Shown: piece by piece, positions 26,557-35,471 of the stretch
How positions within the stretch are numbered: the stretch's first letter is position 1
Layout: each line of letters begins with the position of its first letter
Assembly (NCBI GenBank): GCA_030147705.1
Contig: JASBUV010000164.1
Span: 1 to 54,740 of the forward strand
Length of the DNA: 54,740 bases
Origin: Gammaproteobacteria bacterium
GTDB lineage: Bacteria; Pseudomonadota; Gammaproteobacteria; Pseudomonadales; Pseudohongiellaceae
Direction of reading: 5' to 3'
The notes under the pieces: model-generated
Told to the model about the DNA's origin: nothing
The model's database searches: none
The model's input: the letters and a program-made list of their open reading frames with translations, nothing else
Program-made: the position numbers and the translations under genes

Positions 26557-27326
26557 AGGTCTTCTTCGGTTCTGCGTGTGAGTACCTCGCAGCCGTCACT
26601 GGTTACCGCCAAGGTATGCTCCCACTGCGCTGAAAGACGACGATCCTTTGTTGTCACAGTCCAGCCGTCAGACTTGGACAGTTTTGTGTAGCGACTCCCC
26701 GCGTTCAGCATGGGTTCGATGGTGAATGTCATACCTTCCTGGATGCGCGTGCCCATACCGGGTTTACCGAAATGCAGTACCTGTGGTTCTTCATGGAAAA
26801 TGCGGCCAATGCCGTGCCCACAGTATTCTCGAACGATCGAATAATGATTGGCCTCGCCGTGTTGCTGGATGACATGTCCGATGTCGCCTAATGTGATCCC
26901 GGGCTTGACGATGGCAATCGCTTTGTAGAGGCATTCCTGGGAAACCCGGATGAGGCGCTTGGCGTGATCCGGTGTTTCTCCGACACAGAACATCTTGCTC
27001 GTGTCGCCATGGTACCCGTCCTTGATGACAGTGACGTCAATATTGATGATATCGCCGTTCTTGAGGATCTTGCTGTCACTCGGGATTCCGTGACAGATCA
27101 CATGATTGACCGAGGTGCAGATCGATTTCGGGAAGCCGTTGTAGTTCAGCGGCGCCGGGATGGCATCCTGTTCCTGCACAATATAGCGGTGGCAGATACG
27201 ATCAAGCTCACCTGTGCTGATTCCCGGCACTACGTGGGGGCCGATCATCTCGAGGACTTCTGCCGCCAGACGGCCGGCAACTCGCATTTTTTCGATCTCT
27301 TCAGGTGTCTTGATATGTATAGGCAT
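26553..27326 (-). CDS. map: type I methionine aminopeptidase
   Basis: Metal ligands and motifs CHGIP, DIINIDVT, GHGIG and FTIEP are present. Start set at the internal ATG (CAT 27324-27326, MPIHIKTPEEIEKM), which matches the usual Map N-terminus. Confidence 0.95.
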   Translation of the reverse strand: MPIHIKTPEEIEKMRVAGRLAAEVLEMIGPHVVPGISTGELDRICHRYIVQEQDAIPAPLNYNGFPKSICTSVNHVICHGIPSDSKILKNGDIINIDVTVIKDGYHGDTSKMFCVGETPDHAKRLIRVSQECLYKAIAIVKPGITLGDIGHVIQQHGEANHYSIVREYCGHGIGRIFHEEPQVLHFGKPGMGTRIQEGMTFTIEPMLNAGSRYTKLSKSDGWTVTTKDRRLSAQWEHTLAVTSDGCEVLTRRTEEDL

Positions 27327-27521
27327 AGGGACTCGCGGTACTGCGCCAAGCGCGGGGCCAAAAATGACGTTATTGTAAAGCATGAGAGGCGCGCAGTTAC
27401 AGTAATGCTCTTCAGTGGCGGCTTCTGGCGGGCGCAGATTGCAGCGGGGGACGGGGCTCGCTCCCGCACCCGGAGCAAGCTCGCCTGAAATGCTGAAAAT
27501 CTTTTAGTTTTTATCCGTTTA

Positions 27522-27702
27522 TGGTATAAAGCGCGGCGCCTGAAACAGGGTCCAGTGGGCCGGATAGCGAAATCAGGCTAAATATTCATAATTTAACGTC
27601 GCACACGCACCGTCACATGTGGTCTGGGTGCCCGATACTTCCGAGTATTCGGGTTGATCCATGGGGTGTGTGGAGGCTTAACCCGAAGCAAAAGGAAAGA
27701 TC
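27522..27702 (+). promoter_or_regulatory. rpsB extended -10 promoter (TGGTATAAA) plus ~165-nt structured 5' leader
   Basis: TG-N-TATAAA at 27522-27530 with a poor -35, as described for the E. coli rpsB promoter. The leader is of similar length to the E. coli S2-autoregulated 5' UTR and contains an imperfect hairpin, CCCGATAC-ttccga-GTATTCGGG, at about 27629-27652. Confidence 0.5.
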
Positions 27703-28689
27703 ATGAGCGTAAGCATGAAAGAAATGCTCCGTGCTGGAGTGCATTTCGGGCACCAGTGTCGATACTGGAACCCTAAAATGGAGCCATATATTTTTGGCGC
27801 CAGAAACAAGATTCATATCATCAATCTAGAGCAAACTGTTCCGGCCATGACAACTGCGCTGGCGCAGGTGACTGAGCTTGCCGAAAAGAACAAGAAAATC
27901 CTGTTCGTCGGCACCAAGCGAGCCGCTGCAAAGATTATCCGTGAGCAGGCAGAACGTGCCGGTATGCCCTACGTCAACCATCGCTGGTTGGGTGGCATGC
28001 TCACCAACTACAAGACCATTCGTGGCTCCATCAAGCGTCTGAAAGAGCTGGAGACGCAGGAAGCTGATGGTACTTTCAACCAGCTGACCAAAAAAGAAGC
28101 CCTGATGCTGAAGCGCGCCAAAGAAAAGCTTGAGCGCAGCATTGGCGGAATCAAGGACATGGGCGGTTTGCCCGATGCGCTGTTCGTAATCGATGTCGAT
28201 CATGAGCGCATCTCTGTCACTGAAGCCAATAGCCTGAAGATTCCTGTTATTGGCGTGGTTGATACGAACAGCAATCCTGATGGCGTTGATTACCTGATTC
28301 CAGGCAACGACGATGCGATCCGCGCTATTCAGCTGTACGCCACTGCGGTTGCAGACGCGTGTCTGGAAGGGCAAAAGCGCAGCGGACCTGGATCTGTCGA
28401 TAGCGAATTCATCGAAATTGACGATGATGAGGCAGAGGTGGAAACCAAGGCAGCGGCCAAAGCCAAGCCAGCAGAAGCCAAGGAAGCCAAAGAAGAAGCT
28501 GCTGAGCCCGAAGCGGTAGCTGCTGATGCAGCTGAAGAAGGCAGCGCCGACGAAGCTGCCGAGAAAAAGGCCGCGGCCAAGAAGAAGGCGCCTGCAAAGA
28601 AAAAAGCAGTAGCCAAGAAGAAGGCACCTGCCAAGAAGAAAGCACCTGCGAAGAAGAAAGCGGCTGCTGATAAGGAAGATGCCGAGTAA
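27703..28689 (+). CDS. rpsB: 30S ribosomal protein S2 with ~85-aa C-terminal acidic/lysine-rich extension
   Basis: The core [26 protein letters not shown]... is collinear with bacterial S2 to about residue 240. The same frame continues through an acidic stretch and the AKKKAP repeats to the TAA at 28687. Confidence 0.93.
   Translation: MSVSMKEMLRAGVHFGHQCRYWNPKMEPYIFGARNKIHIINLEQTVPAMTTALAQVTELAEKNKKILFVGTKRAAAKIIREQAERAGMPYVNHRWLGGMLTNYKTIRGSIKRLKELETQEADGTFNQLTKKEALMLKRAKEKLERSIGGIKDMGGLPDALFVIDVDHERISVTEANSLKIPVIGVVDTNSNPDGVDYLIPGNDDAIRAIQLYATAVADACLEGQKRSGPGSVDSEFIEIDDDEAEVETKAAAKAKPAEAKEAKEEAAEPEAVAADAAEEGSADEAAEKKAAAKKKAPAKKKAVAKKKAPAKKKAPAKKKAAADKEDAE
28576..28665 (+). repeat. 5 x 18-nt in-frame repeat encoding [18 protein letters not shown] in the S2 tail
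   Basis: Read directly: gcc aag aag aag gcg cct / gca aag aaa aaa gca gta / gcc aag aag aag gca cct / gcc aag aag aaa gca cct / gcg aag aag aaa gcg gct. Confidence 0.85.
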
Positions 28690-28756
28690 CTTCGGTTAAG
28701 CGGAAGAGATTCCCGACACTCCCGCCCGGGTTCCGGGCTGGAGTCACATCATTTCC

Positions 28757-28779
28757 AAGGGGGCGCACCGCCCCCTTTT
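28757..28779 (+). terminator. intrinsic terminator/attenuator between rpsB and tsf
   Basis: AAGGGGGCG-cac-CGCCCCCTTTT. A partial terminator at this position is known for the E. coli rpsB-tsf operon. Confidence 0.7.
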
Positions 28780-28835
28780 CACAAGCGAATTTTTAAACGG
28801 CACACGCCGTGATTGAACAGAACGAGGCACTGAAC

Positions 28836-29708
28836 ATGGCAAACATTACAGCGAGTATGGTTAAGGAGCTCCGTGAGCGCACCGGTCTTGGCATGATGGA
28901 TTGCAAGAAGGCGTTGGCAGAAGCTGACGGAGACATGGAGAAGGCGATTGAAGATCTGCGCAAAGCCAGCGGATTGAAAGCTGCCAAGAAAGCCAGCCGC
29001 GTAGCTGCTGAAGGTATCGTCTTGACCAAGGTTGCTGAAGACGGCAACTACGGCGTGATCATCGAAGTGAACAGTGAAACTGACTTCGTGGCACGCGATG
29101 ACAATTTTCTGGCATTTGCCGGTCAGGCACTCGATCAGGCTTTCGCCAACAAGGATGCTGATGTTGCAGCACTGCTCGAAGGTGGCCTGGAAGATGCGCG
29201 TCAGTCACTGGTGCAAAAAATTGGCGAGAACATCAATCTGCGCCGCATCGAGCGCGTAGGCTTTGAAGATGCCAACGAAGGCATCGTAGAGAGCTACGTC
29301 CACGGAAGCCGCATTGCCGTCATTATCGCCCTTAAAGGCGGAGATGAGGCGCTGGCACGTGACATCGCCATGCATATCGCTGCAGTGAATCCAATGTGTA
29401 TTCGCGCCGAAGATGTGCCGGAAGATGTATTGGCCAAGGAATCTGAAATATACTCTGCGCAGGCTCGCGAAAGCGGTAAGCCGGAAGAGATTATCGAGAA
29501 GATGATCAGCGGCCGTCTGCAGAAGTTCATCGCAGAAGTCAGCTTGACTGAGCAGGCCTTTGTTAAGGATCCAGATTCCAAAGTCGGCGATTTGCTCAAA
29601 GAAGCCGGAGCAGATATCGTGCAATTCATTCGCTTCGAAGTAGGCGAGGGAATTGAGAAGGAAGAAGTGGATTTTGCTGAGGAAGTTGCAGCACAAGTAA
29701 ACGGCTAA
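28836..29708 (+). CDS. tsf: elongation factor Ts
   Basis: [42 protein letters not shown] (UBA-like N-domain) plus the EF-Ts core. Start set at ATG 28836. Confidence 0.95.
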   Translation: MANITASMVKELRERTGLGMMDCKKALAEADGDMEKAIEDLRKASGLKAAKKASRVAAEGIVLTKVAEDGNYGVIIEVNSETDFVARDDNFLAFAGQALDQAFANKDADVAALLEGGLEDARQSLVQKIGENINLRRIERVGFEDANEGIVESYVHGSRIAVIIALKGGDEALARDIAMHIAAVNPMCIRAEDVPEDVLAKESEIYSAQARESGKPEEIIEKMISGRLQKFIAEVSLTEQAFVKDPDSKVGDLLKEAGADIVQFIRFEVGEGIEKEEVDFAEEVAAQVNG

Positions 29709-29733
29709 TCCTTCACCACCAAACGGACATTAT

Positions 29734-30453
29734 ATGCCCAAGAAAGAACGCCCTTATAACCGGATACTGTTGAAACTGAGCGGTGAGGCTCTCACCGGTG
29801 AAGCAGAATTCGGCATCGATCCCAAAGTTCTCGATCGCATGGCGGTCGAGGTCGGACAATTGATTGGATTGGGCGTTCAGGTCGGCATGGTGATCGGTGG
29901 TGGTAACCTGTTCCGTGGCGCCATGCTCCATGCCGCAGGCATGGAGCGGGTCACGGGCGACCATATGGGCATGTTGGCTACGGTGATGAACGCATTGGCC
30001 ATGCGTGATGCGCTGGAACGCGCCAACATTCCTACCCGTGTGATGTCAGCAGTGCAGATGAGTGGCATGGTCGAGCACTACGATCGCCGCAGTGCTATTC
30101 GTTACCTGAATGCCGGCGATGTCGTTATTTTCTCCGCTGGTACTGGCAACCCCTTTTTCACAACCGATTCCGCAGCCTGTTTGCGCGGTATCGAGATTGA
30201 TGCAGATCTTATTCTGAAAGCTACCAAGGTTGACGGTGTGTATTCCGATGACCCCATTCTTAATCCGGAAGCGGTCAAGTTTGAATCCCTGACTTATGAT
30301 GATGTAATCGACAAAAAACTTGGCGTGATGGATTTGACGGCGATCTGCCTGAGTCGCGATCATCAGGTGCCGATCAAGGTATTCAATATGAACCGTCCCG
30401 GGGCATTGTTGGACAATGTCATGGGTAAGCCGGACGGTACACTGATTAATTAA
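29734..30453 (+). CDS. pyrH: UMP kinase
   Basis: [23 protein letters not shown] and [13 protein letters not shown] motifs. Confidence 0.95.
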   Translation: MPKKERPYNRILLKLSGEALTGEAEFGIDPKVLDRMAVEVGQLIGLGVQVGMVIGGGNLFRGAMLHAAGMERVTGDHMGMLATVMNALAMRDALERANIPTRVMSAVQMSGMVEHYDRRSAIRYLNAGDVVIFSAGTGNPFFTTDSAACLRGIEIDADLILKATKVDGVYSDDPILNPEAVKFESLTYDDVIDKKLGVMDLTAICLSRDHQVPIKVFNMNRPGALLDNVMGKPDGTLIN

Positions 30454-30523
30454 CATCTGGGATTCCCGTGCGGAATCAGGTCAAACTCCACTGAGAGTTA
30501 GTCAAAGGAGAGAAGAGAGCAAG

Positions 30524-31081
30524 ATGATTAATGACATAATCGCAGACGCTGAAGATCGCATGAAGAAGAGTCTGGGTGCTCTTGAAGAAGCTTTTAAAAA
30601 GATTCGTACCGGGCGGGCGCATCCCAGTCTGCTGGATGGCATCATGGTTTCCTACTACGGTGCCGACACGCCGCTCAATCAACTCGCCAACGTAACCGTG
30701 GAAGAAGGCCGCACGCTTGTGGTTTCTCCCTGGGAAAAGCCCATGATCGGTGAGATCGAAAAAGCCATCATGAAATCCGATCTCGGCCTGAATCCCTCCA
30801 ACAACGGCGACACTATTCGTGTGCCCATGCCTCCGCTAACAGAAGAAACGCGCAGGGAATTTACCAAGCAGGCAAAATCAGAAGCCGAAAACACGCGCAT
30901 CGCAATTCGCAATATTCGCCGCGATGCCAATTCTGATTTCAAAGACCTGGAGAAGGAAAAAGAGATCAGCGAAGATGAACAGCGCCGTGCGGAAGATCTG
31001 GTGCAAAAGCTGACCGACAAATACATTGCCGAAGTTGAATCAACTTATCAGCAAAAGGAAGCAGACCTGCTCAAGATTTAG
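30524..31081 (+). CDS. frr: ribosome recycling factor
   Basis: 185 aa: [17 protein letters not shown]...[12 protein letters not shown]...[11 protein letters not shown]. Confidence 0.95.
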   Translation: MINDIIADAEDRMKKSLGALEEAFKKIRTGRAHPSLLDGIMVSYYGADTPLNQLANVTVEEGRTLVVSPWEKPMIGEIEKAIMKSDLGLNPSNNGDTIRVPMPPLTEETRREFTKQAKSEAENTRIAIRNIRRDANSDFKDLEKEKEISEDEQRRAEDLVQKLTDKYIAEVESTYQQKEADLLKI

Positions 31082-31178
31082 GAAACCAGCGTGCTGTTAC
31101 ATGGTTTCCCGGGTTTGAATTTCTGATCACGCGATTCACGTCGTATCAGGTTGTCCCTGGTCGTATCAATACAAACAA

Positions 31179-31922
31179 ATGACACCTGACTCGAAGCAGA
31201 AAAATCCCGATCACATAGCCATCATCATGGATGGTAATAACCGCTGGGCGCAGTCCCAGGGTTTGCCTACCAAAGCCGGTCATAGGCGAGGCGCTGAAGT
31301 AGCGCGCGATATCGCCTATGCCTGCGTCGAGAAAAAGATAAGCTACCTGACGCTGTTTGCCTTTAGCAGTGAAAACTGGATGCGCCCGAGCAAGGAAGTG
31401 CAGGGTCTGATGGCACTGTTTCTCTCTGTGCTTCGCCGTCATGAAATCAAGCAGTTGCACAAGGACAATGTCCGACTCAAATTTATCGGCAAGCGGAGTG
31501 AGTTTTCACAAAAGCTGCAAGACGGCATGGCTGAAGCAGAGGCGCTTACTGCTGGCAACACCGGTACAACTGTTATCGTAGCAGCCGATTACGGTGGTCG
31601 TTGGGATATCACGCAGGCTGCTCGAAGCGCAGCCCAGAAAGTCATGGATTCCGAAATCTCTCTCGATGACATCACAATCGATACCGTGCATTCTCTGACC
31701 AGTCTTGCAGATTATCCGGATCCGGATCTCTGTATCCGCACAGGAGGGGAGAGGCGCATCAGCAATTTTCTGTTGTGGCAATTTGCCTATACAGAACTCT
31801 ATTTTAGCGATTGCTACTGGCCAGACTTTGACAGCGAACAATTTGAGTTGGCGCTAACGGATTACGCGCAACGAAAGCGCCGATATGGCGGCCATGAAGA
31901 AGAGGCGGTGCGTCATGAGTAG
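31179..31922 (+). CDS. uppS: ditrans,polycis-undecaprenyl-diphosphate synthase
   Basis: HIAIIMDGNNRWA, LTLFAFSSENW and RTGGERRISNFLLWQ motifs. Confidence 0.93.
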   Translation: MTPDSKQKNPDHIAIIMDGNNRWAQSQGLPTKAGHRRGAEVARDIAYACVEKKISYLTLFAFSSENWMRPSKEVQGLMALFLSVLRRHEIKQLHKDNVRLKFIGKRSEFSQKLQDGMAEAEALTAGNTGTTVIVAADYGGRWDITQAARSAAQKVMDSEISLDDITIDTVHSLTSLADYPDPDLCIRTGGERRISNFLLWQFAYTELYFSDCYWPDFDSEQFELALTDYAQRKRRYGGHEEEAVRHE

Positions 31923-32793
31923 TGCTCTCAAACTGCGGGTAATCACGGCGGTCATTCTGATGGCGGTGCTGATTCTCATCGCGACCCTGCTTTCTCCTTT
32001 CCTGTTCGCAATGTTTGTAGCTTTTGTCGTGTTGCTCGCGGCCTGGGAATGGGCGGCATTTCTTGATTTGGAGAGCCGGCGGGAGCGGTTGCCGTATATG
32101 GCATCCATCGCTGCATCGCTTGGCGTCACGAGTCTCTTTATTGGCGTGATCCCCGAAGCCGCAAGTGTTGGCAGTGTGAAAGTCGCGGCCATTTCTGCGT
32201 TGGGCCTGCTGTTCTGGAGCTTCGCGTTTCTGATTCTTCGCGGTTACCCGGATAACGCCACAGCGTGGAGTCAGCGCTCCAAGATTGCCTTCATGGGCCT
32301 GTGTGCCATGGTGCCAACCTGGACCGGTATCGTGCAATTGAAATACATCATGCCGGAAGGCTATCTGGTCCTGGCGCTCATTATTATGGTCGCGGCAGTG
32401 GATGTGGGGGCATTCTTCGTTGGCACATTCTTCGGCCATACGAAACTCGCTCCGCAGCTAAGTCCGAATAAATCCTGGGAAGGAGTATGGGGCGGATTGG
32501 CAACATGTATTGTGCTCGGCGTAATCTTTGCGGTCCTGATGCACTTCTACATCATGCCTCTCACTCCGGTGCAGTTTCTTATTTTATTTCTGCTCAGCAT
32601 TCTGGTGTCCTTCTTCGGTGTCATCGGAGATTTGCTCGAAAGCATGCTGAAGAGAAATTGCGATGTGAAAGACAGTGGTGCCATCCTGCCCGGACATGGG
32701 GGCTTGCTTGATCGGGTGGATAGCCTGATGGCAGTGACACCGGTGTTCGTATTGATCGTGCTCTTTGCACTTGCAGGGCTCAGCGAACAATGA
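31915..32793 (+). CDS. cdsA: phosphatidate cytidylyltransferase
   Basis: Polytopic membrane protein with the C-terminal signature SMLKRNCDVKDSGAILPGHGGLLDRVDS. Start set at ATG 31915, overlapping the uppS stop. Confidence 0.9.
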   Translation: MSSALKLRVITAVILMAVLILIATLLSPFLFAMFVAFVVLLAAWEWAAFLDLESRRERLPYMASIAASLGVTSLFIGVIPEAASVGSVKVAAISALGLLFWSFAFLILRGYPDNATAWSQRSKIAFMGLCAMVPTWTGIVQLKYIMPEGYLVLALIIMVAAVDVGAFFVGTFFGHTKLAPQLSPNKSWEGVWGGLATCIVLGVIFAVLMHFYIMPLTPVQFLILFLLSILVSFFGVIGDLLESMLKRNCDVKDSGAILPGHGGLLDRVDSLMAVTPVFVLIVLFALAGLSEQ

Positions 32794-33983
32794 GCGATAG
32801 CCAATCCATTACGATTCTCGGGTCAACAGGCTCGGTGGGGCAGAGTACGCTCGCAGTCATAGAGGCTAACCCGCAGTACAGGGTTTTCGCTCTGACAGCA
32901 CACAGCAATACACAGTTGCTGCTTGAGCAGTGCGTGCACTACCAGCCTGACTACGCTGTATTGAGCTCAGGAGAGGGCGCATCAGAGCTGGCCGAGCAAT
33001 TACGGCAGGCGGAGTGTCGCACCGAGCTCCTGACAGGCGCTGACGCACTGGAGGAAGTCGCCAGAGCAGAGGAAGTAGACATCGTGATGGCGGCGATCGT
33101 CGGTGCTGCCGGATTGGCCTCCAGTCTCGCCGCAGTCCAAGCTGGCAAGAAAGTACTCCTGGCCAACAAAGAAGCTCTGGTAATGTCGGGCGAACTCTTC
33201 ATGGCGGCTGCCCAGCACTCGAAGGCAACGATTATCCCGATAGACAGTGAGCACAACGCGATCTTTCAATGTTTGCCTGAATCACGCACGGGCGTCGCTC
33301 AGGATCAGCTACGGCAGGTAGAGAAAATAGTCCTCACCGGGTCCGGCGGGCCATTTCTGAATACTCCGACTCAGCACCTGGCGTCGGTGACGCCGGAGCA
33401 GGCGTGTCGACATCCCAAGTGGTCCATGGGGCGCAAGATATCCGTTGATTCAGCAACCATGATGAATAAAGGACTTGAATACATCGAGGCCTGTTTCCTG
33501 TTCAGCGTGGCTCCCGGCCGTGTCGAGGTGCTTATACATCCACAGAGCATTGTCCATTCCATGGTGCATTATGTGGATGGGTCGGTGTTGGCGCAGATGG
33601 CCAATCCGGATATGCGTGTGCCCATCGCACATGGCCTCGCCTGGCCATCGCGCATTGGCTCGGGTGTGAATTTTCTGGATCTGGCCGCAGAAGGCCCGCT
33701 TGAATTCACTCATCCTGATATGGATCGCTTTCCTTGTCTTGCGCTGGGAATGGCGGCGGCCAGCGCAGGCGGCGGCGCGCCCATAGCCCTGAATGCCGCA
33801 AATGAAGTTGCCGTGCAGGCGTTTCTCGATGGGCGACTGGAATTCATCCGAATTGCCGATCTGATAGGCGAGGTTGTCGAGAAAATCCCTTGTGAAGCCC
33901 CGTCAAGTCTCGCTATTATTCAGGATTGCGACTTGCGCGCCCGAATATTGGCTAAAGAATTGATAATCAAGCAATTTCACTAG
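32790..33983 (+). CDS. dxr: 1-deoxy-D-xylulose 5-phosphate reductoisomerase
   Basis: ITILGSTGSVGQSTL NADPH motif, LANKEALV, DSEHNAIFQ and MNKGLE motifs. Confidence 0.95.
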   Translation: MSDSQSITILGSTGSVGQSTLAVIEANPQYRVFALTAHSNTQLLLEQCVHYQPDYAVLSSGEGASELAEQLRQAECRTELLTGADALEEVARAEEVDIVMAAIVGAAGLASSLAAVQAGKKVLLANKEALVMSGELFMAAAQHSKATIIPIDSEHNAIFQCLPESRTGVAQDQLRQVEKIVLTGSGGPFLNTPTQHLASVTPEQACRHPKWSMGRKISVDSATMMNKGLEYIEACFLFSVAPGRVEVLIHPQSIVHSMVHYVDGSVLAQMANPDMRVPIAHGLAWPSRIGSGVNFLDLAAEGPLEFTHPDMDRFPCLALGMAAASAGGGAPIALNAANEVAVQAFLDGRLEFIRIADLIGEVVEKIPCEAPSSLAIIQDCDLRARILAKELIIKQFH

Positions 33984-34019
33984 CCGGTCAGCCCACTAGG
34001 ACGACATTACTATCCCGAC

Positions 34020-35408
34020 ATGCTGGAAATCCTGATAAGCATAATAGCCTTGATTGTGACACTTGGAATTCTCGTCACAATCCACGAATTTGGTCACTTT
34101 TGGGTGGCCCGCCGCTGTGGTGTCAAGGTGCTGCGATTTTCAATCGGCTTTGGCAAGGCTGCCAAGACCTGGGTCGGCAAAGATGGTGTCGAATATGTCA
34201 TCGCGCCTATTCCACTGGGCGGCTACGTCAAGATGCTGGGGCAGGAAGACACAACCGTTACTGGCTCCAAAGAAATCGCCGAAGATGAGCGCGATGTGTC
34301 GTTCGCGCACAAACCGCTTTGGCAGCGCATGGCTATCGTTGCCGCGGGTCCTGCAGCGAATTTTCTGCTGGCGATTTTTGTGTACTGGATTATCCACATG
34401 GGCTTCGGCGTCAATGGTGTCGCCCCTGTCGTCAGAGATGTGGTCGAGGGCTCGCCGGCAGCAGAGGCCGGACTTCGTCAAGGCGATGAGATACTCGCGG
34501 TGGATGGGGTGGAAACCATTTTCTGGAATCAGGTGACTCTCCAGATGTTGTCGCGGATGGGCGAAACCGGTGTACTGGAACTGACAGTTGAGCCCGCTGA
34601 TTCCGCTGCCACACGCGAAATAAGCATTCCAATTGTCGCCTGGTTGGGCAATGAAACCGAACCCAATCCGGTCAGCTCTCTGGGTATCGTGCAACTTCAG
34701 ATCCCCGCACGTATCGCCGACGTGATACCCGGCGGCAGGGCGGCGCAGGGCGGTCTTCAATACGGCGACGAAATTTTAGCGGTAAACGGTGAAGAGATTC
34801 GCGGCTGGTCGCACTGGGTCAGAGTGATTCGTGCGAATCCGGAACTCACTCTGGATGTTACTGTCCAACGGGGTGACGAAACAGTACAGCTGCAACTGAC
34901 ACCTTCGGTTTCTGAGTTGGATGATGGCACTGTAATAGGGCAAATAGGCGCCTATGTGCAGGACACAAGCTTCGCAGATCTGGTGCCACCGGAAATGCAG
35001 CGCGAGATTCGTTACGGGGCAATTAGTGCAATCGGCCCTGCCTTGAAGGAAACCTGGGACAAATCAGTATTCGTTCTGGATTCGGTCAAGAAAATGATAG
35101 TCGGTCTGATATCTGTGAAGAATATCAACGGCCCTATAACGATTGCACAAGTGGCTGGTGAAACAGCCAGCTATGGACTGGATATTTATCTGGGATTTCT
35201 GGCGCTGCTCAGTATTTCCCTCGGCGTGCTGAACCTGTTGCCGATACCAGTTCTCGATGGGGGACATTTGCTCTACTACACAATTGAGGCTGTGATCAGA
35301 CGGCCTGTGCCAGAGCGGATTCAGGCCTGGGGATTGCAGCTCGGCCTGTTGATCATCTCAGGAATCATGATGTTGGCGATTTACAATGATGTTAGCCGCT
35401 TATTATAA
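34020..35408 (+). CDS. rseP: sigma-E site-2 protease RseP (M50 zinc metalloprotease)
   Basis: HEFGHF zinc motif in TM1, two PDZ domains, and the C-terminal NLLPIPVLDGGH motif. Confidence 0.93.
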   Translation: MLEILISIIALIVTLGILVTIHEFGHFWVARRCGVKVLRFSIGFGKAAKTWVGKDGVEYVIAPIPLGGYVKMLGQEDTTVTGSKEIAEDERDVSFAHKPLWQRMAIVAAGPAANFLLAIFVYWIIHMGFGVNGVAPVVRDVVEGSPAAEAGLRQGDEILAVDGVETIFWNQVTLQMLSRMGETGVLELTVEPADSAATREISIPIVAWLGNETEPNPVSSLGIVQLQIPARIADVIPGGRAAQGGLQYGDEILAVNGEEIRGWSHWVRVIRANPELTLDVTVQRGDETVQLQLTPSVSELDDGTVIGQIGAYVQDTSFADLVPPEMQREIRYGAISAIGPALKETWDKSVFVLDSVKKMIVGLISVKNINGPITIAQVAGETASYGLDIYLGFLALLSISLGVLNLLPIPVLDGGHLLYYTIEAVIRRPVPERIQAWGLQLGLLIISGIMMLAIYNDVSRLL

Positions 35409-35471
35409 GAACTCATTCACTGCAGAACCCGCCGCCAAGTAAAAAACGTAAGATTTGAGTTGTTGTTAGAA

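Noticed and set aside
31081-31109. GGAAACC...GGTTTCC hairpin after frr, considered as a possible terminator.
   Set aside because: It has a 15-nt loop and only a broken T-stretch, and uppS follows in the same conserved operon-like cluster. It is too weak to call.
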